Of a stretch of DNA of 53,953 nt, positions 7,494-16,786 are shown in pieces; position 1 is the stretch's first letter, and every line of letters starts with the position of its first letter. The notes beneath the pieces are model-generated. The model worked only from the letters and a program-made list of their open reading frames with translations, did not search any database and was not told the DNA's origin. Source of the stretch: Thermoplasmata archaeon (GTDB lineage: Archaea; Thermoplasmatota; Thermoplasmata; Lutacidiplasmatales; UBA184); NCBI GenBank assembly GCA_049799275.1, contig JBARHO010000069.1:1-53953 (forward strand), read 5' to 3'. Position numbers and translations under genes: made by a program.

Positions 7494-9620
7494 TCACGGT
7501 CCATGGCGACGATGTCTCACGAGCGCGATCGCGATCACCGCCCCTCCCAGGGCCGCTAGTCCCACGGCGCCCAGGACCAATCCGTCCGTCATCTGGATCT
7601 CTGGGCCATTGTAAACGGCCAGAGTGATGTTGACATCGACCACCATCGCGTCACCCGTGACCAAGAACGTGCCGGTGTCGGGATCCACCGAGGTGGGGGC
7701 CGACGTGTTCATGGTGTATGAGTACGACCCGTTCATGAGCGTGAAGTCCACCTGATCGTAGGTCGCGGAATTGCTCTCGGATCCCACCATCGTCCCTTGG
7801 GCCGTTCGGATCGCGACCATCCAGGTGATCCCCGGCGGCAGACCTGTTTCCAGGAAGTCGACCGGGAACACCTCGGCCCGCCAGATGATCACCTGCGTCC
7901 CGTTCGCGCCCGTCTCATTGATCGTCCCGAGCCCAGGGCTCGCCGAGTACCCGAGGATCTCACCGATCGAGAAAGGATAGGTCCCGTACGGCTCGAAAAA
8001 GAGGATCGTGGAGTTCGAGCTCGTCGCCGGATGCCCTCCCAAGGTGACTGACCATGAGAGCCCGGAGGGAAGCCCCTGAGCGAGGAAACGGATCTCGTAG
8101 TTCGGTTCGGACCACGAAATGATGGCCGTCACATTTGCGTTCGTAACGCTCTGGGTCCCGACGCTCGGCGTGGCCACGAACCCCGGTATCGGGGCCACCG
8201 CATAGGGGTACGACCCAGCGGGTTCGTAGAACGCGAGCGTCGAGGCATTCCCGGCCTCGGTGAACCCAGCCAAGGTCACCGACCATGAGCGACCGCTCGG
8301 CAGACCGTTCTCGACCAGCGAGACGCGGTAATGGGGCCCGAACTGGATGAGGGAGTACGACCCGGCCGCGATCGTGGAGGTATTGGAGGCGACCAGCGAG
8401 CCGCTCTCCTCCACCTCGAACTCATACTCGCCCGGTGCCACGGTGACATTGGCATGCCCACCGGAGAAGGACCCGTAGAGGGTGTCGTTGATGTACAGCT
8501 CCCCGGAACCGACGGGCATGCTGATGTTCACGATGCCGACCGATGATCGGTCCCAGAGTTCGGTCAGATGCCCCGCGCCGTTGATGAGCTCCGAGCTCAA
8601 GGAACCGTTGATGGCCGGATATAGCTCGGCGGCGGTAACGTTCTTAGAACCTTCCGCTGTGTTGCTCCCGAAGTCGTACGCGTCGATGACGCGCTGATAG
8701 TTGAACCCATTCCAGTAGCTCAGCTGGAGACTAAGGTTGGACCTGACGTCCGTTGTCTGGGATCCGCCCCCGGGCCCGCCGAGGATCAGCTCGGCGTCGT
8801 AGAAGGTGCCGTACGGGTTGTACGAAAGACCGTTGACCACGAATCCGTGATCAGTGAACCCGCGGGCCGACCCGAACTGGACCCGATCGTAGGTGACCCA
8901 GCCCTCGCCGTCATTGTACTCGAAAGCGACCTCAGGAGTGCCGTTCGAGTTGGTCGAGTTCACCCGGAAGTTCACTTGCGCCGGAAAGTGCAAGTTGAGA
9001 TAGTTCCCTGGTAGATACAGGCCGGCCTCGTCGTAGTAGAACGTGGTGGCCCCGGACGGGCTGATGGTCCCGTTCCCGGACACGCTCGAAGGGGTCAGGT
9101 CCGATGGCCGACCGGACTCGTTCCATATGTTGTCAATGAAGTAGATCAACCGATTGCTGGTGTTCACGTCGGCCACATCCTGGATCCAGTACGTGTAGCT
9201 CACGGTCGGGGACGTAAGCAGGAGGTTCACGTTCAGCTGCAGGGTGAACTCGTGCGCATAGGGAAGGCTGGCGTTGTTGGTCAGCACGGATCCGATCGTG
9301 GCCGTTCCGAGAAAGTCGGTCGTGTTGTATTCCGTCCCAGCACCGCTGCGAACGATCCCGTAATCGGCGATGCCCATCGGCGCGGGCTCGTTCGTTTCGT
9401 AGGCGTACGGATTTACGGTCTGGGCGACGGGCCCGAATCCCACATTAGAACGCGGATTGGGACCAGCGGTAGCGGACCCCACCGCGTTGGATCCGGAGTG
9501 CACGCCGGGGTAGGGGGACGCGCCCAGGGCCAGCCCCGGGACAGCGACCGCGAATGCGATGAGAAGGACAAGGGGCCAGAGCCGGCAGGGCCCCTCAGCT
9601 CCTCTCGATAAGGGAGCCAT
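7494..9620 (-). CDS. thermopsin-family (peptidase A5) surface protease with C-terminal repeats and TM anchor
   Basis: Internal ATG (MAPLSRG..., signal peptide). Thermopsin blocks are EPAPMGIADYG, YWIQDVADVNTSNRLIYFIDNIWNESG, TFYYD, FYDAELILGGPGGG and FGSNTAEG. I counted 22 N-x-S/T sequons by eye. Three GLPxGxxWxV repeats precede a C-terminal TM helix and RHRRHGP. Confidence 0.9.
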   Translation of the reverse strand: MAPLSRGAEGPCRLWPLVLLIAFAVAVPGLALGASPYPGVHSGSNAVGSATAGPNPRSNVGFGPVAQTVNPYAYETNEPAPMGIADYGIVRSGAGTEYNTTDFLGTATIGSVLTNNASLPYAHEFTLQLNVNLLLTSPTVSYTYWIQDVADVNTSNRLIYFIDNIWNESGRPSDLTPSSVSGNGTISPSGATTFYYDEAGLYLPGNYLNLHFPAQVNFRVNSTNSNGTPEVAFEYNDGEGWVTYDRVQFGSARGFTDHGFVVNGLSYNPYGTFYDAELILGGPGGGSQTTDVRSNLSLQLSYWNGFNYQRVIDAYDFGSNTAEGSKNVTAAELYPAINGSLSSELINGAGHLTELWDRSSVGIVNISMPVGSGELYINDTLYGSFSGGHANVTVAPGEYEFEVEESGSLVASNTSTIAAGSYSLIQFGPHYRVSLVENGLPSGRSWSVTLAGFTEAGNASTLAFYEPAGSYPYAVAPIPGFVATPSVGTQSVTNANVTAIISWSEPNYEIRFLAQGLPSGLSWSVTLGGHPATSSNSTILFFEPYGTYPFSIGEILGYSASPGLGTINETGANGTQVIIWRAEVFPVDFLETGLPPGITWMVAIRTAQGTMVGSESNSATYDQVDFTLMNGSYSYTMNTSAPTSVDPDTGTFLVTGDAMVVDVNITLAVYNGPEIQMTDGLVLGAVGLAALGGAVIAIALVRHRRHGP

Positions 9621-9642
9621 TCTGATAGACTTTTGGAGGGGG

Positions 9643-9658
9643 TATGTATTAATACATA
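9643..9658. promoter_or_regulatory. 16-bp perfect AT-rich palindrome in a divergent promoter region
   Basis: TATGTATTAATACATA lies in the 131-nt gap between thermopsin (-) and the metallophosphoesterase (+). It is the only AT-rich patch there, so it is a candidate TATA box or operator. Confidence 0.4.
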
Positions 9659-9751
9659 TCGTATACAGAATTCCCCGGACGGCCAGAGGGTGGAAAGGCG
9701 AGGGGAACCGACCGCGACCGTCAAGGCGGCCGATCGATGTCCTAGCGGTCC

Positions 9752-10708
9752 ATGGCCCGAACCACGCGGATCTTCTTCGTCGCAGATATCCACGGGTCCG
9801 CCCTGTGCTTTCGAAAGTTCGTGAACGCGGCCTCGGTCTATCGGGCCGACGTACTATTGGTGGGGGGGGACATATCGGCCAAGACACTTACCCCGCTCTT
9901 TCCCGAGGACGGAGGGTGGACAGTTTCGGTGGAAGGAGCGCGAAGGACCGCGCGGACCGATGAGGAGGTGGCCCTCCTGGAGGCCCGGCTACGGGACGAG
10001 GCGACCGTGCCGTTCCGCACGTCCATCGCCGAGTGGGACGAACTGCTCGCGGACCGCCGCAAGGCGGATGCCGTGTTCGAGCGGCTCGAGCTCGAGGAAC
10101 TTCGTCGATGGCTCGAGTGGGCCCGGGAGCGGCTCGGCTCGAGCTCCACCCGACTCCTTCTGGGGTTGGGCAACGACGATCTCGATTCCATGGAGGACGT
10201 GATCGAGGCGGACGAACTGGCCGAGCTGACCGACCGGGAGATCCTCTGGATCGATGATCACCACGAGCTCCTGACCCTACCCTACAGCAACCCGACCCCC
10301 TGGAGCACGAACCGCGAACTGGGCGAAGCCGAGATCGAGCAACGACTGACCGTGCTCTCCCACCGCCTCCACGATCCGTCGTCCGCGATCTTCAACATCC
10401 ATGTGCCTCCCCATGGTACGCCGATCGATCTGGCGCCACGACTGACGGCCGACCTCACCAAGGTCATGACCCCCGGTGGTGAGCCCGATATGATCCACGT
10501 CGGCAGCACGTCCGTTCGCGCCATGCTCCAACGATCTCAGCCCCTCCTGAGCCTGCACGGGCACATTCACGAGTCGAAGGGTTTCCTCCGGTTGGGACGG
10601 ACCGACGTGATCAATCCCGGAAGCGCGTACACCGAAGGCACGCTCCTTGGGGCGGTGATCGACCTCGCCCCGGACAAGGTCCGGTCGTACGCGCTCACGG
10701 CCGGGTAG
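9752..10708 (+). CDS. metallophosphoesterase (calcineurin-like)
   Basis: Carries FFVADIHGS, LLVGGDI, GLGNDD and SLHGHIHES, the motifs of the metallophosphoesterase fold. Confidence 0.8.
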   Translation: MARTTRIFFVADIHGSALCFRKFVNAASVYRADVLLVGGDISAKTLTPLFPEDGGWTVSVEGARRTARTDEEVALLEARLRDEATVPFRTSIAEWDELLADRRKADAVFERLELEELRRWLEWARERLGSSSTRLLLGLGNDDLDSMEDVIEADELAELTDREILWIDDHHELLTLPYSNPTPWSTNRELGEAEIEQRLTVLSHRLHDPSSAIFNIHVPPHGTPIDLAPRLTADLTKVMTPGGEPDMIHVGSTSVRAMLQRSQPLLSLHGHIHESKGFLRLGRTDVINPGSAYTEGTLLGAVIDLAPDKVRSYALTAG

Positions 10709-11744
10709 GCGCCCCGGGCAAGCGTACCGGAGCGTCCGAGACGGCCGGAGAGTCGACGTCCTGCCACCATTGGGCCGAAAGGAACGCGAACCGGCGCTTC
10801 GGCTCCAGCGCGCCCACCCGTTCCTGCAACTGCCGGATCCTCTCTCGGATCCGATCCTGCAGCGGGACCGGGAGAGCGGCCAACAGTGGCGAACGGTCGA
10901 CCATCGAAAGATTAAGGCTGACGGTCCTCCAGAACCCCCAGTCGGCCGAAAGGATCTCGGCGATCCGCGAGAGGGAGATCGATCCAGTGGTCTCCCCGAA
11001 CGGGAGGTCAAGCAGGAGAGCGAGGATATCCTGCACATCCTTCCTCTCAGGCCCGATCACGACCTCGTGGCGGCCGAATGGGGCCAGGACGCGATCCTGG
11101 ACCTTCGGGGCGTCCGCCGCCGGGATGCGCTGGATGAACTGGAGCTTGGCCAAGAGGAGCAGGGCCGGCGAGAGCGTCCACGTCGCGCGGGGGGCGTTCT
11201 CGATGTCCGATCGCAGATCCATGCGGTGGCAGAACCGGAACTCGTCCGCCACCAGGTCGATGGTCCCGAGATCGATCTGACGGTCCTCCTCGGCCGCGAG
11301 ATCGTGGAACCGGAAGCGTCGACCTTCTCCGAGGGAATTGAAGACCCGGTCGCCGGGGGTCTCGAAGATCTTGAGCGCGCTTCCCTCCCGATCTCCGACC
11401 TCGTTCAGGAATTGGCGAACCAACTTGAGCTGCCGATGAAGGCAGGCGAGGTCCAGGTCATGGAGGGATCGCCGAAGTCCGAGGGAGGCCTCATTGCTCG
11501 CCGGACAGAGGAGTCGGGTCGCCACCCCGCCGAAGAACGCGATCGGGAGCGCAGGATCCAGCGATCGCGCGGCGTAGACCAGGCCGACCGCTTTGGCGAC
11601 CGTCGCGTCGGACAGATCGATGTGAGGCGGTAGCGACAGCTGCCGGCGCATCTCCTCCGGCGCTACTCGGAAGCGGATGGGAAGATCGATGTCGACCTTC
11701 TCCCGAGAGATCGGATCGATGACGAGCTGGACGCGTCCGGCCAT
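10695..11744 (-). CDS. hypothetical protein with possible nucleotidyltransferase-fold N-terminal half
   Basis: FFGGVATRL...RRSLHDLDLAC...IDLVADE resembles the hG[GS]...DxD...D pattern of Pol-beta-type NTases (AbiEii/NTP_transf_5-like). Its 3' end overlaps the convergent gene by 14 nt. Confidence 0.45.
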   Translation of the reverse strand: MAGRVQLVIDPISREKVDIDLPIRFRVAPEEMRRQLSLPPHIDLSDATVAKAVGLVYAARSLDPALPIAFFGGVATRLLCPASNEASLGLRRSLHDLDLACLHRQLKLVRQFLNEVGDREGSALKIFETPGDRVFNSLGEGRRFRFHDLAAEEDRQIDLGTIDLVADEFRFCHRMDLRSDIENAPRATWTLSPALLLLAKLQFIQRIPAADAPKVQDRVLAPFGRHEVVIGPERKDVQDILALLLDLPFGETTGSISLSRIAEILSADWGFWRTVSLNLSMVDRSPLLAALPVPLQDRIRERIRQLQERVGALEPKRRFAFLSAQWWQDVDSPAVSDAPVRLPGAPTRP

Positions 11745-11794
11745 TCACCCGCCCGACAACGACGGGCCTCAAAATGGGGCCGGGCGATCGAACC

Positions 11795-13465
11795 TCAGTC
11801 CGGAGGAAGCTCCTTGTTGATCAGGTCCATCGGGATGCCGCGGGCCCTCTGGATCGCGTAGGCGATCCAGTACCCGATGATCCCGATGACGAACACGATC
11901 GGGAGGAACAAGAGGTAGTACACGTTGTACGCGCCGGGAGGCTCGACGAACTGGGCCGTCGAGGCCGCGTAGCTCACGAACCAGGAGCCGATCCAACTCG
12001 CGACCCCCACGATCGTGAGGATCGGTACGGGCCCGACCCGGGCCTGCACGATCCGAGGGGCCTTGCGGAACAGCTGGGGGCGGAGGAAGGGGAAGAGCGC
12101 GCCGCCCAGACAGACCAGACCGACCGCCAGCCAGAAGCCGAAGTTCGAGTAGGAGAGGTACGAGAAGAGCGAGGTGTAGGTGGCCACGTACAAGGAGATC
12201 CAGGAAGCGATCGCGAGCACGATCACGGCGACATAGGGCACGCCGTTCCGGCTGACCCGGGTGAGGAACGCCGGGAGCACTCGATCGAACGACCAAGCGA
12301 AGAGATTGCGGGTCGGGATGATGAAGTAGATCAGCGAGAAACCGAAGAACGTCAGTACCAGCCCGAACGATAGGAAGGCGGCCAGCCACGGGTTGTGGAC
12401 GATGTAGGCCGCCAGGAACAAGGGGGACGGCAGCGCGGGGGCCGAGAAGGTGCCCGACACGTACGACTGGCTGGCCCCGATGAGGAACAGCCGTCCGAAC
12501 GTGTAGTACGTCGCCGCATAGAGGGCCCCGATGATACCGGCAAAGATGAGCGGGGCGGCGAAGATCGCGAGCCCCTGCGTGCGGATCGGGTTGCCGCGGA
12601 TCTCGCCCCCATAGTAGGAACTGTTCGCGTAGCCGACGAAGCTCAACATCGTATACACGATCCCCAGGAAGGTCCCGCCCAGGGTGATCGCGCTCGTCGA
12701 CGAGGCGCTGTTCGCGAGCGTTTGGTAGGCCCCAGAGCCGTTCGCGTTGTTCCAGTCGGTCGCGAACGTCGCCTGCGGCGTCGTCAGCATCACGACCATC
12801 ATGATGATGTAGATGAGAGCGGACACGGCGAAGATCCCGATCGAGATCCGGAAGATCCACCGGGTCGGAAGGAAGCTCACCAGGATCACGACGAGCAGGA
12901 CCGCGAAGGCCACGAGATACACGTACGTGACCGGGTGACCCATCAGGCTGAAGGCCGAGCCCGTCAGCAGCGTGTTCGACCAGGTCAGCGCCTGAGCGCT
13001 ACCCCCGGCGACGGTGAAGCTCGCCAGCATCGTGGGGATGCCGAAGACGGCGGTGTAGTATGCAAAATAGCCCGCCCAAGTGACAAAGACCACGGTGAAC
13101 AGCAGGTTGGTCCCGAGGCCGATGCTGGGATGGAAGATCCGTCCGAGAAAGACGTAGTCCCCACCGGACCGGGGCATGGCGCTCGCGAGCATCCAGTAGA
13201 CGTAGCCGACCCCGAGATTGATGAGGACCCCGATGCCCACCGTCGTGATCAGGTTCGCGTTCGGGTAGCCGGCGGAGGCAAAGACGACCCAGAAGAAGTT
13301 GACGATGATGCCCATGCCGACCAGGTTCGCGAGCAGGGCGGCGCGGGGGCCGACCGTTCGGACCAGGCCGGAGGTCTGGCGCACATAGAGGTCGCGACGT
13401 ACCGTGACCTCGGCGGGCATGTTCACCGTCAGACCCGGCTCCTCGATGTTCCCGGTCGAGCTCAT
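11795..13465 (-). CDS. APC-superfamily amino acid/polyamine permease
   Basis: About 12 TM segments, with GMGIIVNFFWV and AMPRSGGDYVF motifs. I took MSSTGN as the start; the ORF is open to 13522. Confidence 0.85.
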   Translation of the reverse strand: MSSTGNIEEPGLTVNMPAEVTVRRDLYVRQTSGLVRTVGPRAALLANLVGMGIIVNFFWVVFASAGYPNANLITTVGIGVLINLGVGYVYWMLASAMPRSGGDYVFLGRIFHPSIGLGTNLLFTVVFVTWAGYFAYYTAVFGIPTMLASFTVAGGSAQALTWSNTLLTGSAFSLMGHPVTYVYLVAFAVLLVVILVSFLPTRWIFRISIGIFAVSALIYIIMMVVMLTTPQATFATDWNNANGSGAYQTLANSASSTSAITLGGTFLGIVYTMLSFVGYANSSYYGGEIRGNPIRTQGLAIFAAPLIFAGIIGALYAATYYTFGRLFLIGASQSYVSGTFSAPALPSPLFLAAYIVHNPWLAAFLSFGLVLTFFGFSLIYFIIPTRNLFAWSFDRVLPAFLTRVSRNGVPYVAVIVLAIASWISLYVATYTSLFSYLSYSNFGFWLAVGLVCLGGALFPFLRPQLFRKAPRIVQARVGPVPILTIVGVASWIGSWFVSYAASTAQFVEPPGAYNVYYLLFLPIVFVIGIIGYWIAYAIQRARGIPMDLINKELPPD

Positions 13466-13640
13466 GGTCCCTCTCCCACCGACCCCAAGCCGCGCCCCGC
13501 GCAGCGTGTGAAGGTGAGTCACGGGATACCCCCATAAGAACGTTGGCGACTGTGAGTTTTACAACGCTCGGTCGCGTCCCCGGCGTCGACCCCGTGAGCG
13601 TTCCGGCAGAGGGAAATACGTCCCTCCGCTCGGTCGTGGC

Positions 13641-13997
13641 ATGCCGCTCTGGGAAGAGAAGGGAGCCGCTTGGCACGAGGTCCTGCCGGGTGTTCGCCGC
13701 CGGATCCTCGTGCAGGGAGAGGGGCTCACGTTCGTGATGTATCGGATCGAGCCGGGACGGATCTTCCCCCTCCATACGCATCCGCACGTTCAGGCCGGGG
13801 TCTTCTTGGAGGGCGGCGGCGAGTTCCGGGTCGGCGATGAGACCTGGACGATGAAGCAGGGTTCGAGCTATCTCGTGGCGTCGAACGTCCCGCATGAACT
13901 GCGGACGGATCCTATGCGCCCGAGCGTGATCCTCGACGTGTTCCGGCCCGAGCGGGCGGACTTCCAGAACGAGGTCGTGCCGCCCGATCGTCCGTAG
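13641..13997 (+). CDS. cupin domain protein
   Basis: GRIFPLHTHPHVQAGVFLEGGGEF...VPHEL matches the two cupin motifs. Confidence 0.8.
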   Translation: MPLWEEKGAAWHEVLPGVRRRILVQGEGLTFVMYRIEPGRIFPLHTHPHVQAGVFLEGGGEFRVGDETWTMKQGSSYLVASNVPHELRTDPMRPSVILDVFRPERADFQNEVVPPDRP

Positions 13998-14670
13998 TCG
14001 CTCCGCCTCCCGGCGACTCCCAGGCGAACACGCGGGCCATCGCACCGCTCGCCCCCTCGATCTTGAGCGGGGCCGCCACGAGCGTGTAGCGCTTCTGCTC
14101 TTCGAGCTGATCGAGGTGATCCAGCGCTTCGAGGAGCCAGATCCCTTTCCGAAGGAGCACCTTGTGCGCTTCGAAGCGCGCGTTGGAGAACGGGTCGATG
14201 CCGAGCGTATCCGTGCCCACCCCTTTCACGCCCTGCTTCGCGATCCACTCCGCGGCCTCGGGCTCCAATCCCGGGAACGAATAGAGGTACTCTTTCGTGG
14301 GAGCCCGCCGATGGCTCCACCCGGTCTCGAGCAGCACGATCTCGGGACGGAGGCCCTTCGGCCAGTGCGATTCGACGAGGGAGCGGGGGATGAGATCGCC
14401 CGAGAGGTCCTTCCGAAGGTCGAGAACCGCGGCCGAACCGACCAGGTCCTCGGGGGGGATCCGATCGATGGTGGTGCCGTCCTCGAGGAAATGGTAGGGC
14501 GCATCCACGTGGGTCCCGGTATGCGTCAGGCAGTTGACGCGCTCGATCGAATACCCGTCCCGGGCCACGATCCCGACCGGTTCGAACGTCGGCAGCGGAG
14601 AGCTGGCCCAGACCGACATGTGCGTCCGAAGCGTCGCGGTGAGATCGTGCACTCGGCTCGGGACGGTCAT
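13912..14670 (-). CDS. cyclase-family protein (kynurenine formamidase-like)
   Basis: Contains THTGTHVDAPYHF (the HxGTHxDxPxH motif) and GVGTDTLGID. Its Arg/Gly/Ser-rich C-terminal tail overlaps the convergent cupin gene by 86 nt. Confidence 0.8.
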   Translation of the reverse strand: MTVPSRVHDLTATLRTHMSVWASSPLPTFEPVGIVARDGYSIERVNCLTHTGTHVDAPYHFLEDGTTIDRIPPEDLVGSAAVLDLRKDLSGDLIPRSLVESHWPKGLRPEIVLLETGWSHRRAPTKEYLYSFPGLEPEAAEWIAKQGVKGVGTDTLGIDPFSNARFEAHKVLLRKGIWLLEALDHLDQLEEQKRYTLVAAPLKIEGASGAMARVFAWESPGGGATTDDRAARPRSGSPPARAGTRRGSRSGA

Positions 14671-14737
14671 GCGGGCCGCGAGGAGCGCGCGAGTACAAAA
14701 AGGCCGGGGCGCCGGTGCCGCCGTCCCGGGCCCGCTC

Positions 14738-15877
14738 CTAGAGCGGGCTCATCATGTAGTGGCTCAGCCGGCGGACCCCTTCCTCCAGCGCGTCCACCGG
14801 GCTGCTGTACGAGATCCGGAAGTGACCTTCCCCCCGGCTCCCGAAGGCGATCCCGGGGACCAGGGCCAGCCGCTCGCGGTCCAACAGGTCCCGGCAGAAC
14901 CGGATCGAGTCGACCGGGCGGTCGTACCGAGGGAACACGTAGAAGGCCCCGTCGGGCCGAACGATCGATAGCCCCGGGACCTCCGACAGGAGCTCGAGGA
15001 GGCGGTCCCTCCGCGCCCGAAAGATCTCCCGGAACCGGGTCACGTCCGCCTCGGCGTGCTCGAGCCCCCAAAGGGCGGCCCTCTCGATGAAGGGAGGGAG
15101 GCACGTCAGCGTATGCTCCATCACCTTCACCAGCCTTCGCCGGATCTCGGGCGGGGCGATCACGAACCCGATCCGCCATCCGGTCATGGCGAACATCTTC
15201 GAGAAGCTCCCGATGGTCAGGACGGGCACCCCGTCCCCGGCCTCGGCCGCGGGGGCCACGTGATGGCCCTCGTAGATCAGGGACTCGTAGGTCTCGTCGC
15301 TCAGGATCGTGAGATGGTGGTCCCGGGCGACCTGGATCGCAGCGGTGACCTCGGCCCGGGTCATCAGCCTCCCGGTCGGGTTCCCGGGGGATACGAGGAC
15401 CAGGATCCGGCTCCGAGGACCGATCGCTTGGGAGAGCGCCTCCACGTCGAACGAGAAGTCATCGCGAAGCGGGAAGTACGTCGGGCGGGCGCCGACCAGT
15501 CGGATGGGTTGGTCGAAAAGGTAGGTCGGGTCGGGCAGGAGGACCTCGTCCCCCGCGCCGACGGTGCAGAGCAGGCTCGCATAGATCGCGAACTTGGCCG
15601 GGAGAACGACCACGTCCTGCGCGGTGGCGGGGATCCGGTGACGGGTCCGCGCCCGTTGCGCGATCGCTTCGCGCAGGTCCGGCATCCCCTGGGCCGAGAC
15701 GTAGTGCGTGAGGCCCGCCTTCATCGCCTCCACGGCCGCCTGCTGGATCCCGGCGGGGGTCTCGAAATCCGGTTCCCCGATATGGAGGCCCAGGATCTCT
15801 TGGCCCTCTCGGCGCATCTCAAAGATCCGGTCGATGAGCGAGAGGATGGGCGACTCCCCGATCGTGTCGACGAGCAC
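14738..15877 (-). CDS. class I/II PLP-dependent aminotransferase
   Basis: Contains VSPGNPTG and SFSKMFAMTGWRIGF (PLP lysine), plus LTHYVSAQGMPDLREAI. Confidence 0.9.
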   Translation of the reverse strand: MLVDTIGESPILSLIDRIFEMRREGQEILGLHIGEPDFETPAGIQQAAVEAMKAGLTHYVSAQGMPDLREAIAQRARTRHRIPATAQDVVVLPAKFAIYASLLCTVGAGDEVLLPDPTYLFDQPIRLVGARPTYFPLRDDFSFDVEALSQAIGPRSRILVLVSPGNPTGRLMTRAEVTAAIQVARDHHLTILSDETYESLIYEGHHVAPAAEAGDGVPVLTIGSFSKMFAMTGWRIGFVIAPPEIRRRLVKVMEHTLTCLPPFIERAALWGLEHAEADVTRFREIFRARRDRLLELLSEVPGLSIVRPDGAFYVFPRYDRPVDSIRFCRDLLDRERLALVPGIAFGSRGEGHFRISYSSPVDALEEGVRRLSHYMMSPL

Positions 15878-15943
15878 GGCCCACCCAGGGGGTCGTCCGA
15901 TTAAGTTCCTCGGGCCGCCGAACGGCGGGACCCGCGTACCGCG

Positions 15944-16786
15944 CTACGGGCCCGGGTCCGGTCGGGCCGGCCAGTGCTCAGGCAGGATGCGGGCCCGGGT
16001 CGTCGCGAGCCTTTGCTGGTCCCCGAAGTAGGCGAGCTGTCGCCGGCCGGGTCGGACGGCCCGGACCATCCATCGGCGGCCCGTATCGACCCTCCACAGC
16101 ACGAGGAACTCGGGCTCAGCGAGCGGAAGGGCGAGCCGTCGACGCCCCTGGACCGCGTCGGAGAGAGCCGCGACGGTCAGTGTCCCCTGATCGAGCGCCC
16201 GCAACGCGGCGATGATCCTGCGGACCATGCCCCACACGAACGAGGGAGCGCGCAGATCGACGATCAGCCACGACCGGGACCGGCGGACCGTCACTTCGTC
16301 GATCGTTCGCCAGACCGGGCCGCGCGAGGATAGGTCGCGTCCGAACGAGCGAACATCGATACGTCCAGCGAGGACCTGAGCTCCTTCCTGCCATCGGGTG
16401 AGATCGTGGTCCTCCTGGGGTTCGAAATAGCGATACCAACGGCGCCGAGCGTGACGCGGGTGGGATCCGAACGGGGCGGGAGCGGCGGCGGTGAAGTAGA
16501 TCTCCGGCGCGATCCCGTTGAGCGCCCGGAGCAGCGCCGGGCCGGGAAGAGGGCTCGTCAACGCGAGGACGTTCGCCCGAGCGCTCACCCCGCGATCCGT
16601 ACGGCTGGCGACCTCGAGATGAGCGCCGTCGATATCCGGCACGATCGCGCTGCGAACTAGTTCTCGGCGGATATCGCCCTCCACCGTTCGCTGTCCGGGC
16701 TGACGGGCCCATCCGGCGAAAGGATGACCGTCGTAACCGAACTGGACGAACCAACGGGTGCCGGCCGCTGGGGCCCTCACGCTCAA
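15944..16786 (-). CDS. truA: tRNA pseudouridine synthase A
   Basis: FGYDGHPFAGWARQPG and the catalytic-Asp motif SRTDRGVSA. The size (280 aa) fits TruA. Confidence 0.85.
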   Translation of the reverse strand: MSVRAPAAGTRWFVQFGYDGHPFAGWARQPGQRTVEGDIRRELVRSAIVPDIDGAHLEVASRTDRGVSARANVLALTSPLPGPALLRALNGIAPEIYFTAAAPAPFGSHPRHARRRWYRYFEPQEDHDLTRWQEGAQVLAGRIDVRSFGRDLSSRGPVWRTIDEVTVRRSRSWLIVDLRAPSFVWGMVRRIIAALRALDQGTLTVAALSDAVQGRRRLALPLAEPEFLVLWRVDTGRRWMVRAVRPGRRQLAYFGDQQRLATTRARILPEHWPARPDPGP

